Positions 47,476 through 57,113 of a stretch of DNA of 64,000 nucleotides are shown here, one piece after another. The notes beneath the pieces were generated by a model that was not told the origin of the DNA, did not search any database, and worked only from the letters and a program-made list of their open reading frames with translations. How positions within the stretch are numbered: position 1 is the first letter of the stretch; each line of letters starts with the position of its first letter. The translations under genes were made by a program, and so were the position numbers. Source of the DNA: a bacterium (GTDB taxonomy: Bacteria; Desulfobacterota; DSWW01); NCBI GenBank assembly GCA_040756235.1, contig JBFLZG010000132.1, forward strand, positions 1 through 64,000, written 5' to 3'.

Positions 47476-48556
47476 GACAAGGAAACAGCCGAGGGGGACC
47501 CCGCCGGAGTTGATCCCGGTGCGAGAAGGCGAGGAGTTCGATCGGGAGCGGCTCGCAGCTTATCTTAGGGGTAGACTCGAGGGAACGGATCGGCCTCTGT
47601 CCGTGCTGCAGTTCTCGGGCGGCCACGCGAATCTCACCTACCTGCTCCGGTACGGAGACCTGGAATATGTGCTTCGCCGGCCTCCGATCGGACCGGTTGC
47701 GGCCACGGCCCATGACATGAGCCGGGAGCACCGTGTCCTTTCCGTGCTGTACAAGGCATATCCGCTGGCGCCGCGGGCTTTTCTGTTCTGTGAAGATCCG
47801 GCTTTGATCGGAGCTCCTTTCTTCATCATGGAGAGAAGGCGGGGGACGGTGGTGCGGAGCGTCGTCCCCCCCGAGTTCGGGGGAGGTGAAGACCCCGCAG
47901 TGAACCGGGCATTGAGTGAAGTGTTGATCGACGCTCTGGTGGCGCTGCACCGGGTCGACTACAAGTCCGTCGGGTTAGAGGCTCTCGGGAAACCGGAGGG
48001 CTTCATGGAGCGACAGGTCCGCGGGTGGGCAGGACGCTACGAAAGGGCCAAGACGCAGGAGATCCCCTGCGCCGGGTTGGTGTACGAATGGCTGATGGAT
48101 CAGCTGCCGGCCAGCCCGGAGCCCGCCCTGGTGCACAATGACTGGCGCCTCGACAACATGATGCTCGACTCCGAGGATCCGAGCAAGGCGGTGGCGGTGT
48201 TCGATTGGGACATGTGCACGCTCGGAGACCCTCTGGCCGACATGGGCTGTGTGCTCTCGTTCTGGTTCGAGCCGGGGGAAGCCCTCGGTGCAATGGCCGC
48301 CATGCCATCTCAGGCTGCCGGATTCATGACCCGGGAAGAGGCGATCCGTCGATATGGTGAGAAGAGCGGCAGGGATGTGAGCTCCATGGACTTCTACTAC
48401 GTGTTCGGGCTCTTCAAGATGGCCGTTGTCGTCCAGCAGATCTACCTCCGGTACGCCAGGGGGCAGACCCGCGATCCTCGCTTTCAGTACTTCGGAACAG
48501 GAGCGGAGCTGCTTTTCTCGCTGGCGTGGAGTACGACACGGTGCTCGCGCATCTGA
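47468..48556 (+). CDS. APH-like phosphotransferase (ACAD10/11 kinase-domain-like)
   Basis: QFSGGHANLTY, VLRRPP, AHDM.RE, HNDWRLDN, DWDM.TLGDPLAD. Confidence 0.9.
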   Translation: MDETRKQPRGTPPELIPVREGEEFDRERLAAYLRGRLEGTDRPLSVLQFSGGHANLTYLLRYGDLEYVLRRPPIGPVAATAHDMSREHRVLSVLYKAYPLAPRAFLFCEDPALIGAPFFIMERRRGTVVRSVVPPEFGGGEDPAVNRALSEVLIDALVALHRVDYKSVGLEALGKPEGFMERQVRGWAGRYERAKTQEIPCAGLVYEWLMDQLPASPEPALVHNDWRLDNMMLDSEDPSKAVAVFDWDMCTLGDPLADMGCVLSFWFEPGEALGAMAAMPSQAAGFMTREEAIRRYGEKSGRDVSSMDFYYVFGLFKMAVVVQQIYLRYARGQTRDPRFQYFGTGAELLFSLAWSTTRCSRI

Positions 48557-48697
48557 ACGGAAAGACGGCGTCCCGGAGCGCTCCCCCGCAGGTGTCGATC
48601 AACACCCCAATCGGAAAGACGACAGGGGTTTCGGCTTCCGTCGCATCTGCCGGTTAGCCGAGTCGCTCGGCCGGTAACGGACCCGGCTCTCGATCGA

Positions 48698-48880
48698 TCA
48701 CAAGCTGAATACCTTCTTTTTGTATGTAATAACGTCGTTTTGGCGAAACCGCCAGAATCGACCCTGCTTGGTCGCCCGCAGCTTCCCTCTACGAGCCAGC
48801 TCGATAACGTCATCAGGGCTGCAATCCAGGATATGGGCTACATCCTTAGATCGAAGCAGCAACTCGGTCTTTTTCGCCAT
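48698..48880 (-). CDS. Small excisionase-like HTH DNA-binding protein
   Basis: L...DVA..L......V..L...GKL.A.K.G..WRF; GGAG-type RBS. Confidence 0.8.
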   Translation of the reverse strand: MAKKTELLLRSKDVAHILDCSPDDVIELARRGKLRATKQGRFWRFRQNDVITYKKKVFSL

Positions 48881-48936
48881 GGCTCCCCTCCCGCTCCGTA
48901 TCGATTTTAGTTGTCGCGCTAGCCGATTCAGGCTGA

Positions 48937-48952
48937 TGCAAGTGTTATACCC
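48937..48952 (-). promoter_or_regulatory. Putative sigma54 promoter
   Basis: GGGTATAACACTTGCA = GG-N10-GC with TTGCA. Confidence 0.65.
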
Positions 48953-49103
48953 GTTTTTCTGCCAATCTCGAGGACGGCTCTCGGACTTGGGCCGGTGGCT
49001 TTGAATGTAGTTCTAACAAATACTTAGGAACGACGGAACGATCTGATGGGAGGAACTCGAGCCCAAATCTGGGGGGGGTCGAATTACACGAGTGGATGAA
49101 ACT

Positions 49104-49183
49104 GATACATAATGTACCGAAATAGCCAGCCCATGCAAGAAATGGAGGTGTTGTTTCCTGTTTGCTCTGGTACATGATGTGCC
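49104..49183. promoter_or_regulatory. Two palindromic putative enhancer (UAS) sites
   Basis: GATACAT-A-ATGTACC (49104-49118) and GGTACAT-G-ATGTGCC (49169-49183). Confidence 0.55.
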
Positions 49184-49192
49184 ATACGTGGA

Positions 49193-50560
49193 TCAAAATG
49201 AGCCATATGTCGCCTCTTCGCCGGTGAGGATCCTCCGTAACCTGGACCTCGAGATTTGCAGTATCTTGGCTGCTTGGCTCTTGTTCCCACTCAAAGAATC
49301 GAGAAGGTTTCGAGCATACTCCCGCTGGGCTTCACGCAGTGTCAGGTGGGACCTCCCGACTTTGATGGCAATGGGACCCGGCGTCTTGCCCTGGTCGATG
49401 AGCATCTGCTCCTCGGTCAGATACGACCCCCGTGCCAAATGTACGGTCCGCTCGATGATGTTCTTCAGCTCCCGGATATTGCCCGGCCAGTCGTAGCTCA
49501 GGAGGAGCTTCTCCACGCCCGGGCTCATCCCCAGAAGGCGCTTGCCGAACTCCCGGTTGAAGATCTGAATGAAATGCATGGCGAACAGGGGAATGTCTTC
49601 CTTCCTGTGTCTCAAAGGAGGCAGTTGAATGCGCATCACATCCAACCGGTAGTACAGGTCCTCCCGAAAGAGCCCCTTCTGCACCCGTTCTTCCAGATTT
49701 CGGTTCGTGGCAGCGAGGATGCGCACGTTCAGCTGTCTCGTGTACGGGCTCCCCACTCTTTGGAGCTCCTTCTCCTGCAGAAAACGCAGGATCTTGGCCT
49801 GAGCCTCCAGGTGCAGATCTCCAATCTCGTCCAGGAGCAATGTCCCGTCGTCAGCCAGCTCGAACCGTCCCCGCTTGCCGCTGGCGGAGGCGCCCGTGAA
49901 GGCCCCCTTTTCATACCCGAAGAGCTCGCTCTCCACGAGATCCTTGGGCAAGGCGCTGCAGTTTACGGTGACCAGGGGGTGGGTCCTCCGAGGGCTGTGA
50001 TAATGGATGTACCGGGCCAGGAACTCCTTTCCGGTACCGCTTTCGCCACAGATGAGCACCGTCATCTGATCGTTCCCGGCCGCGCTGCGGGCCAGGGAAT
50101 AGCACTTCTGCACGACCGGGTTCTTGCCGATCAGGTGCTGGGAAAGGAAGTGGCTGTGCTGGTCGTTGCGGATCTGCTGCAGCTCCTTTTCCAGACGGAC
50201 GTGATTGAGCAGATTGTCCACCGTGATGGTGACTTTCGTCATGTTCAGCGGCTTGGTCATGAAGTCCCATGCGCCCAGCTTGAGCGCTTCGACCGCGATC
50301 TCGATGGTGCCGTAACCTGAGATCATGACAATGGGTGTACCCGTGTTGAGGAGCTGGATTCTCTTGAGGACGTCGATGCCGTTGATGTCGGGCAGGCTCA
50401 GGTCCAGCAAAACGAGGTCCGGAGTGACCTGCTGGAGCTTGTCCAGCGCCTCCTCTCCGGTCCTGGAGAGGACGACTCTGTGCCCCTTCTTGATGAGGAG
50501 CTGCTCGAGCACATTACAGGTCAGATCGTCGTCATCGATAATGTGGATCAAGAGGTCCAT
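49193..50560 (-). CDS. Sigma54-dependent response regulator (NtrC family)
   Basis: Receiver domain, GESGTGKE, ESELFG..KGAFTGA, WPGNIREL, Fis-like HTH. Confidence 0.95.
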   Translation of the reverse strand: MDLLIHIIDDDDLTCNVLEQLLIKKGHRVVLSRTGEEALDKLQQVTPDLVLLDLSLPDINGIDVLKRIQLLNTGTPIVMISGYGTIEIAVEALKLGAWDFMTKPLNMTKVTITVDNLLNHVRLEKELQQIRNDQHSHFLSQHLIGKNPVVQKCYSLARSAAGNDQMTVLICGESGTGKEFLARYIHYHSPRRTHPLVTVNCSALPKDLVESELFGYEKGAFTGASASGKRGRFELADDGTLLLDEIGDLHLEAQAKILRFLQEKELQRVGSPYTRQLNVRILAATNRNLEERVQKGLFREDLYYRLDVMRIQLPPLRHRKEDIPLFAMHFIQIFNREFGKRLLGMSPGVEKLLLSYDWPGNIRELKNIIERTVHLARGSYLTEEQMLIDQGKTPGPIAIKVGRSHLTLREAQREYARNLLDSLSGNKSQAAKILQISRSRLRRILTGEEATYGSF

Positions 50561-50600
50561 GGCATGTCCCTGCGTTCCGATCTTTCCGAGCTGTAGCCGT

Positions 50601-51341
50601 TCAGGGGGCTCTGCCTGCCGCAGAAATCGCGGGCACTCTGACGATCAGGCGTGTTCCCCTGCCGAGCTCACTTTCGACCTGAATGCTGCCGCCGTTGGCT
50701 TCGAGGAGCAGCCAGGCGACCGTCAGCCCCAGACCATCCCGATTCGGTTTGGTCGTGAAAAACGGGTCGAAGATCTTCGTCAGATGCTGCCGTGAAATGC
50801 CGCAGCCGGAATCCTCTATCTGGAGCTCGATCACCCCGGGGCCGCCCGCGCAGGCCGCAGGAGCGGCCCATCGGCACGTCAGGCGGAGTTCCCCATCTGG
50901 AGGCAGGGCTTCCAGCGCGTTCGCAAGAAGATGGACCAGGGCCTGCCGGATCTGGAGCGGATCGCATGAAGCACGCGGAACGTCCGTCTGCCAATCGGCG
51001 AACACCCGCACCTCTGCAGCGCCCACCTTGCCCCGGGCGATCTTCAAAGCCTGGTCCGCCAAATCGGAAAGCGCAAAGGGCATCTTCTCCGGAGGGCCCG
51101 GCTTGGCCAGTTGCTGGAGCCGCTCGAGATAGGATTCCATCTTCTGGGCTCCGAGCAGGATGTCCTGGAGGTGGCCGCGAAGGGGAGAGCCGTCTTTCAG
51201 GAGCAACATGGCCATCTGGGCGTTCAGGAGAATGGCCGAGAGAGGATTGCGCAGCCCATGGGAGATGTGGGAACAGAGCAGCGCGAACGAGGCCAGGCGA
51301 TCCGCCCTGCAGGCTCGATCCGATTCAGGTGCGAGAGTCAT
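50601..51341 (-). CDS. Sensor-less histidine kinase (HisKA + HATPase), degenerate motifs
   Basis: HGLRNPL, DSGCGI, IFDPFFTTK, GLGL. Confidence 0.82.
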   Translation of the reverse strand: MTLAPESDRACRADRLASFALLCSHISHGLRNPLSAILLNAQMAMLLLKDGSPLRGHLQDILLGAQKMESYLERLQQLAKPGPPEKMPFALSDLADQALKIARGKVGAAEVRVFADWQTDVPRASCDPLQIRQALVHLLANALEALPPDGELRLTCRWAAPAACAGGPGVIELQIEDSGCGISRQHLTKIFDPFFTTKPNRDGLGLTVAWLLLEANGGSIQVESELGRGTRLIVRVPAISAAGRAP

Positions 51342-51527
51342 GCAGGCATTTTAGCTCATGCTGGAGCAAGTTCCAAAAGCACGGAAAATGGCAATTTCAT
51401 TGAGGCAAAAACCTTCCCTTTCACACCTGGAAGTGATACATTAGCTCGGAGAGTGGCAAATGCTCGTGAGCAGTGGTTTTCCGAGTCCGGTTGCGCTGCC
51501 GACACCGTTCGGCAACGGGAGTGAAGA

Positions 51528-51728
51528 ATGGCGGTACATTGCTCCATATGTGAGACCGAGATCCTGCTGGATGATGCTGTTGAGTGCCCCTTCTGCTCGG
51601 AGCTCTTTTGTTCCAATCACGTGATGGAGTGCGTGGCCTGCGGAAGGGTGCTGTGCGTGGATTGTATGGAGTATCCGGAAGAGGAGCCGATTTGTCCGGA
51701 TTGCGCCAAGCTGATTCTGTCCGCCTGA
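51528..51728 (+). CDS. Small Cys-rich putative zinc-binding protein
   Basis: 66 aa with five CxxC and one CxxH; GGAG RBS; terminator follows. Confidence 0.72.
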   Translation: MAVHCSICETEILLDDAVECPFCSELFCSNHVMECVACGRVLCVDCMEYPEEEPICPDCAKLILSA

Positions 51729-51750
51729 TTCCCTGCGACCGCAGACACAG

Positions 51751-51791
51751 AGCCGGATCGCGTTTCGAGAGAAACATCCGGCTTTTCTTTT
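51751..51791 (+). terminator. Rho-independent terminator
   Basis: AGCCGGAT...ATCCGGCT stem followed by TTTTCTTTT. Confidence 0.65.
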
Positions 51792-51888
51792 GGCGCCGGA
51801 TGGCGCTTGTCGGGATCGTGCACCGGGTTTGCGTTCGCGTTTCCGTTCGGGCGGGCGCCAGCTCACGGTTTCCGACGGGAAGCTCGGC

Positions 51889-52407
51889 ATGGAACCAGAG
51901 GAATTCGAGGAAGTCAAAGCGCTCCTGAATCAGGAGCTGCAGGAGTTCTACGGATGGGTGATGGAGGAGCTCGGTGGCGGCTACTTCATCGAGCACCCGG
52001 AGCTCTCGCCAGCCGTCTGGGAGCAAGAGGTCAGCGGAAGGATCCGGAAGCGGCTGCAAACCGATCGAGCCCTTTTCTGGGAGCGGGACCGGTATGCCTT
52101 CTTCGACGACCCGAAGCGGCCTTCCGTGTATCGCCTGATGGAAGCGGAAGACCTGGAGCTGATCCACTACCGGGATGACTTCTACTGCGAGCACTTCAAA
52201 GTGGACGGCGAGGCCCCCTCGCCGAACGACCAAGGTCCCGACGATGCGGGAAGCCGCCGGTACGACGAATCGTTCGGGATCCTGATGGTCTCCCAGAAGA
52301 GCGGCTGGATGTACCGGCTGGACTTCTGCCAGGTCTGCGGCCTGATCGAGATCTGGTCGATGCGGTACGATCCGAAGGAAATCGCCCTGTACGGGGAGGA
52401 CGGCTAG
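51889..52407 (+). CDS. Hypothetical acidic protein
   Basis: Coding-like composition; CEH and CQVC motifs; no family recognised. Confidence 0.6.
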   Translation: MEPEEFEEVKALLNQELQEFYGWVMEELGGGYFIEHPELSPAVWEQEVSGRIRKRLQTDRALFWERDRYAFFDDPKRPSVYRLMEAEDLELIHYRDDFYCEHFKVDGEAPSPNDQGPDDAGSRRYDESFGILMVSQKSGWMYRLDFCQVCGLIEIWSMRYDPKEIALYGEDG

Positions 52408-52787
52408 ATGCGAAACAGGGTTCGGAACTTCGCGGCCAGTCCAAGATCCCCGGACAAGCCGATCTTGCCTTTCGACATGGCCTCATAAGGAGTCAGCGTT
52501 CCGGCTGCCAGGGACAGGTAGTCGGTCGCCGGAATCGTCATCACGCAATCCAGGTAGTCTGTGACCCCTTCCTCCAGCAGCACCTCGCCTTCGCGGATCT
52601 TGATCGTCCACCGGCCCCCTTGCTCGCCTGCGAGGTGCAGCCCGAGGACACAGTGCATCCCCTTGGTCCTAGGCTTCATCATCTCCAGAGCCAAGGGCAG
52701 AGCCTGATTCACCCAATCCCTTGCCGATCGTGCCGGCGACTGTTCCTCCACCTCTTTCCTCCTGCCCTGCGTGAACAGCTCCGCCAC
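52404..52787 (-). CDS. Stand-alone SCP2 sterol/lipid-binding domain protein
   Basis: GG.WTI.I..G......G.....D..M....DY.....G.L.P..A...GKI.LSGDL.LA.KF. Confidence 0.85.
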   Translation of the reverse strand: MAELFTQGRRKEVEEQSPARSARDWVNQALPLALEMMKPRTKGMHCVLGLHLAGEQGGRWTIKIREGEVLLEEGVTDYLDCVMTIPATDYLSLAAGTLTPYEAMSKGKIGLSGDLGLAAKFRTLFRI

Positions 52788-52846
52788 CTCTCGAAGGGAT
52801 CTCGAGCCTTTCCCTCCTCGCGGCGTCTATCCGCAGGGGCCCTGGA

Positions 52847-53215
52847 TCACTTGGGTTTGCCGCGCTTCGTGAACTCGATGTAGGCCAGGGGAGCTCCGTC
52901 CCCTTTTCGCGTGCCGACCTTGTACAGGTGCGTGTAGCCACCCGCCGTGTCGGTAAAGCGCGGGGCGATGTCCTTGAAGAGCTTCTGCGTCGTGTCCTTG
53001 CTGCGCAAAACGGCAAATGCGGAACGCCACGCGTGGAGATCCCCGCGCTTGGCGAGCGTGACCATCTCGTCCGCAACCCTGCGCAGCTCCTTTGCCTTTG
53101 GCTCGGTCGTGCAGATCCTCTCGTGCTGGATCAGCGCATGGACCAGATTCCGAAACAGCGCCTTTCGATGCGCGCTCGTGCGGCCGAGCTTTCTGCCGGT
53201 CTTTCGGTGGTGCAT
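52847..53215 (-). CDS. rplQ: 50S ribosomal protein L17
   Basis: [30 protein letters not shown]. Confidence 0.96.
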   Translation of the reverse strand: MHHRKTGRKLGRTSAHRKALFRNLVHALIQHERICTTEPKAKELRRVADEMVTLAKRGDLHAWRSAFAVLRSKDTTQKLFKDIAPRFTDTAGGYTHLYKVGTRKGDGAPLAYIEFTKRGKPK

Positions 53216-53290
53216 GTTCGTTTCTCTCGTAGTCGCTTGCGAGGGATCCACCGGAAACAAGAGGGCGGGGGAGGGGAGTCGCCCCCGCTC

Positions 53291-54301
53291 TCAGGCCAGC
53301 TTTGCCTCTCGTTTCTTCTCCGCCTCCGGAGGCGGCGGGACACCCTCGAGCTTCATGCCCAGGCCTAGCCCCATCGAGGCGAGGATCTCTTTGATCTCGT
53401 TCAAAGACTTGCGCCCGAAGTTCTTGGTCTTGAGCATCTCCGATTCCGTTTTTTGGACCAGCTCATAGATGGTCTTGATGTTCGCGTTCTTCAGACAGTT
53501 CGCGGAACGGACGGACAGCTCGAGCTCTTCCACGCTCTTGTAGAGGTTCTCGTTCAGCAGCTTGGGCATTTCCTTCTGGCCGAACGGGTAGGCCTCGGAT
53601 TCCTCCTCGAAGTGAACGAAGATCGTCAGCTGCTCTTTCAGAATCTTGGCGGCCACACCCAGAGCATAGCGGGGATCGATGCTCCCGTCGGTCCAGATTT
53701 CCATCGTGAGCTTGTCGTAATCGGTCCTTTGACCGACGCGGGCCTGCGAAACGGTGTGGTTGACCTTCTTGATGGGCGAGAAGACGGCATCCACCAGGAT
53801 GGTTCCGATCGGGAGGTTGTCCGTGCGCTCGCGCTCGGCAGGACGGTACCCGCGTCCCCGTTCCACGGTCATTTCCATGGAAAGCTTGGCATCCTTGTTG
53901 AGCGTCGCGATGTGGTGTTCCGGGGTCAGGATCCGAAGCGAGTCGTCCGCTTCGAAATCGGAAGCCTTCACTTCGCACGGTCCTTCTTTCTTCAGCGCAA
54001 GGGTCTTGGGGCCTTCGCTCTCCATCTTCAGTCGGATTTCCTTCAGATTGAGAACGATGTCCGTGACATCCTCCTTGACGCCGGGGATGGTCGAGAACTC
54101 ATGAAGAACGCCGTCGATGCGCACGGACGTGATCGCTGCGCCGTGGAGAGAGGAAAGCAGTACACGGCGCAGGGCGTTGCCGATGGTGGTGCCGAAGCCC
54201 CTCTCCAATGGTTCGCACACAAATTTCCCATAAGTTGGAGTGCTCTCTTCTTCACTCTCCAAACCTTTGGGCATGATGAGATCTTGCCAGTCCTTCTTCA
54301 T
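53291..54301 (-). CDS. rpoA: RNA polymerase alpha subunit
   Basis: [38 protein letters not shown]. Confidence 0.97.
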   Translation of the reverse strand: MKKDWQDLIMPKGLESEEESTPTYGKFVCEPLERGFGTTIGNALRRVLLSSLHGAAITSVRIDGVLHEFSTIPGVKEDVTDIVLNLKEIRLKMESEGPKTLALKKEGPCEVKASDFEADDSLRILTPEHHIATLNKDAKLSMEMTVERGRGYRPAERERTDNLPIGTILVDAVFSPIKKVNHTVSQARVGQRTDYDKLTMEIWTDGSIDPRYALGVAAKILKEQLTIFVHFEEESEAYPFGQKEMPKLLNENLYKSVEELELSVRSANCLKNANIKTIYELVQKTESEMLKTKNFGRKSLNEIKEILASMGLGLGMKLEGVPPPPEAEKKREAKLA

Positions 54302-54362
54302 GGTTTGCTCCAGTTTCATGAAGACCTGACGAGAGGAAGCTTCTCGATCCGGATCGCCTGGG

Positions 54363-54989
54363 TCATCGCGTATAGAAGGCCACAATGAGGTTCTCGTTGA
54401 TGTCCCTGGAGACATCATCGCGTGCCACCGGGGCCCGCACCCTGCCTGCGAACTGATCCTTGTCGAGCTCGAGCCATTTCGGCACCCCTCGACGGTCCAG
54501 GGCCTCCAAGGCGTCCTTGATGCTCTGCGTGTTGCGGCTTTTCTCGCGAAGCTGGATCGTGTCGCTCACTTTCACGCGAAAGGAGGGGATGGTCACCGGC
54601 TTTCCGTTCACCAGGAAGTGACGATGGCGCACGAGTTGCCTGGCTTCCGAGCGGGAATTGGCAAAACCGAGCCGGTAGACGACGTTGTCCAGCCGCGACT
54701 CGAGAAGCGCGAGGAGGTTCTCGCCGGTAATCCCTTTCTTGCTCAATGCGTTCTGAAAATAGATCTGAAACTGCTTTTCCTGGATCGAGTAGATCCTTTT
54801 GACTTTCTGTTTTTCCCGGAGCTGGTTGCCGTAATCGGAGAACTTCCCCCGTCCCTGACCATGCTGACCGGGAGGATAGCCGCGCCTCTCGAAGGCGCAC
54901 TTGTCCGTATAGCACCTCTCGCCTTTCAGGAAGAGTTTCAATCCTTCACGACGGCAGAACCTGCAAACGGCTTCGGTGTGACGCGCCAA
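54363..54989 (-). CDS. rpsD: 30S ribosomal protein S4
   Basis: [26 protein letters not shown]. Confidence 0.97.
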   Translation of the reverse strand: MARHTEAVCRFCRREGLKLFLKGERCYTDKCAFERRGYPPGQHGQGRGKFSDYGNQLREKQKVKRIYSIQEKQFQIYFQNALSKKGITGENLLALLESRLDNVVYRLGFANSRSEARQLVRHRHFLVNGKPVTIPSFRVKVSDTIQLREKSRNTQSIKDALEALDRRGVPKWLELDKDQFAGRVRAPVARDDVSRDINENLIVAFYTR

Positions 54990-55036
54990 CTGATACCTCC
55001 TTTGCTCTTTCCGTTTCTAGAGATGCGGGTGGACGG

Positions 55037-55429
55037 TCACACCCTTCTTCTCTTCGGGGGACGGCACCCGTTGTGTGGAATCGGCGTGACGTCCTTGATC
55101 AAGGTGATCTGGAACCCCGCGCTTTGGAGGGCCCTCAAGGCGGACTCGCGGCCGGAGCCGGGGCCGTTGACGAACACCTGTATGGATTTCATTCCCTGGT
55201 CGATGGCCTTCCGGGCCGCGTCTTCGGCCGCCATCTGGGCTGCAAAGGGCGTCCCCTTTCGTGACCCTTTGAACTTCATCGCTCCGGCACTGGACCAGCA
55301 GACGGCATTGCCGCTCATGTCGGTGATCGTGATCACCGTATTGTTGAAAGTGGACTGAATATGGGCAATGCCGTGCGTGACGTTCTTCTTGATCTTCTTC
55401 TTCTTGAGGGTCTTCTTGGCTTTTCCCAC
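55037..55429 (-). CDS. rpsK: 30S ribosomal protein S11
   Basis: [26 protein letters not shown]. Confidence 0.97.
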   Translation of the reverse strand: MGKAKKTLKKKKIKKNVTHGIAHIQSTFNNTVITITDMSGNAVCWSSAGAMKFKGSRKGTPFAAQMAAEDAARKAIDQGMKSIQVFVNGPGSGRESALRALQSAGFQITLIKDVTPIPHNGCRPPKRRRV

Positions 55430-55459
55430 AGTGCTGCCTCGCTCTCTCCATCCAGGCGA

Positions 55460-55837
55460 TTACTTGGTCTTCTTCTTGCTCCCGATGGTGGCCCTTCGCG
55501 GACCCTTGCGGGTCCTGGCATTGGTATGCGTTCTTTGCCCGCGGGTGGGAAGGCCCTTCTTGTGGCGCATCCCTCGATACGTCCCCAGATCGATCAGGCG
55601 TTTGATGTTCATGGCCACCTCACGCCGGAGGTCCCCTTCGATCTTGTACTTGCTGTCGATGATGTCGCGTATCCTGGATATTTCAACGTCTTCGAGATCG
55701 TCCGTGTTCTTGCCGGGATCGATACCGGCTTCCGTCAATATGGTCTGAGCACTGGCGCGCCCGATCCCGTAGATGTAGATCAGCGAGATCCCGATCTTCT
55801 TTCCCCTGGGCAAATCCACGCCTGCGATTCTTGGCAA
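55460..55837 (-). CDS. rpsM: 30S ribosomal protein S13
   Basis: [22 protein letters not shown]. Confidence 0.97.
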   Translation of the reverse strand: MPRIAGVDLPRGKKIGISLIYIYGIGRASAQTILTEAGIDPGKNTDDLEDVEISRIRDIIDSKYKIEGDLRREVAMNIKRLIDLGTYRGMRHKKGLPTRGQRTHTNARTRKGPRRATIGSKKKTK

Positions 55838-55876
55838 GTCTTGGGCCTCCTTATGGTCTGGATGGAGAGGACCCCA

Positions 55877-55990
55877 TCACCCTTGTTTCTGCTTGTGCTT
55901 GGGATTCTCGCAGATGACCCGAACCGATCCCTTTCTTCGAATGATCTTGCACTTGAGGCATATCTTCTTTACCGAGGATCTCACTTTCAT
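55877..55990 (-). CDS. rpmJ: 50S ribosomal protein L36 (Zn-binding type; not in ORF track)
   Basis: Translated by hand: [37 protein letters not shown]. Confidence 0.95.
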   Translation of the reverse strand: MKVRSSVKKICLKCKIIRRKGSVRVICENPKHKQKQG

Positions 55991-56038
55991 GGCTGTTTCC
56001 CCGAGAACTCCTGTTTTCGCTGAGACTCGATCACCCGA

Positions 56039-56257
56039 TCACTTCATCCGATACGTGATCCTGCCTCTGGTCAGATCGTACGGTGACAATTCCACGGTGA
56101 CCTTGTCACCCGGAAGAATCTTGATGAAATGCATCCGCATCTTGCCGGAGATATGCGCCAGGATCCTGTGGCCGTTCTCGAGCTCGACGCGGAACATGGC
56201 GTTCGGCAGCGGCTCGATGACCGTACCGGTCACCTCGATGGCTTCTTCTTTAGCCAT
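56039..56257 (-). CDS. infA: Translation initiation factor IF-1
   Basis: [23 protein letters not shown]. Confidence 0.97.
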   Translation of the reverse strand: MAKEEAIEVTGTVIEPLPNAMFRVELENGHRILAHISGKMRMHFIKILPGDKVTVELSPYDLTRGRITYRMK

Positions 56258-56297
56258 TCCCGTTCCCTGTCCTACGGAGCCGAGGCGGCCTCCCTTT

Positions 56298-57047
56298 CTA
56301 GTGAAGGCGGCTCAGAACGAAAGGGCCGTTCTCAGTGATGGCAACCGAGTGTTCGAAGTGAGCCGACAGGGACCCATCGCTCGTGACGGCCGTCCACCCG
56401 TCCTCCAGAATGCGCACGCTCCAGTGGCCCTGGTTGACCATCGGTTCGATCGCGAGGACCATACCGGTCTTCAGACGGACCCCGGTTCCCGAGACACCGT
56501 AGTTGGGCACCTGAGGATCTTCGTGCAGCTGCCGTCCGATGCCGTGCCCAACGAAATCCCGCACGACCGAGAAGCCCCTGGATTCCGCATGCTGCTGGAT
56601 GGCGAAGGAGATATCGGACAGACGGTTGCCTTCCTTCATCTCATCAATCGCCCTCTGCAAGCATTCCTCGGTGGTCCGGACGAGCGTCCTCGTCTCCTCC
56701 GGGATCTCCCCTATGGGTATGGTGACGGCCGCGTCTCCGTAAAAGCCTTTGTAATAGACGCCGCAATCCATACTGAGGATGTCTCCCTCCCGGAGCTCGG
56801 AGGAGGACGGCACCCCGTGCACGATCACCTCATTTACGGAAGTGCAGAGGCAGTTCGGATACCCCCGGTACCCTTTGAAAGCGCTCCTGGCACGACGTTT
56901 CTTGATATATTTTTCCGCCAGCGCGTCCAGCTCTCGAGTGGTTACACCGGGACCGGCCTTCTCTTTCAGATCATTCAGGATTTCGGCTACGATCTGGTTC
57001 GCCTCCCACATCAAGCCGATTTCTTGCGGCGATTTGAGCACAATCAT
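56298..57047 (-). CDS. map: Methionine aminopeptidase type I
   Basis: CTSVNE.IVHG.P, GHGIG..LHE.P, AIEPM, SAHFEH. Confidence 0.96.
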   Translation of the reverse strand: MIVLKSPQEIGLMWEANQIVAEILNDLKEKAGPGVTTRELDALAEKYIKKRRARSAFKGYRGYPNCLCTSVNEVIVHGVPSSSELREGDILSMDCGVYYKGFYGDAAVTIPIGEIPEETRTLVRTTEECLQRAIDEMKEGNRLSDISFAIQQHAESRGFSVVRDFVGHGIGRQLHEDPQVPNYGVSGTGVRLKTGMVLAIEPMVNQGHWSVRILEDGWTAVTSDGSLSAHFEHSVAITENGPFVLSRLH

Positions 57048-57113
57048 GTAAGATCATGAATCGAGGCGATCGCCCGTGCCTCCGGGCGGCCGCAATGGGC
57101 TGATTTTCATCGG

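Noticed and set aside
48557..48697. Possible riboswitch or ncRNA in a hairpin-rich gap
   Set aside because: Lies between convergent 3' ends with no recognisable aptamer; more likely terminator structure
48698..48880. Prophage/ICE excisionase
   Set aside because: No integrase, att site, tRNA or phage genes nearby
51389..51405. Second sigma54 promoter (TGGCAATTTCATTGAG)
   Set aside because: GG-N10-GA lacks the conserved -12 GC; too weak to call
53261..53292. GC hairpin between rpoA and rplQ as an attenuator
   Set aside because: No U-tract and no further support
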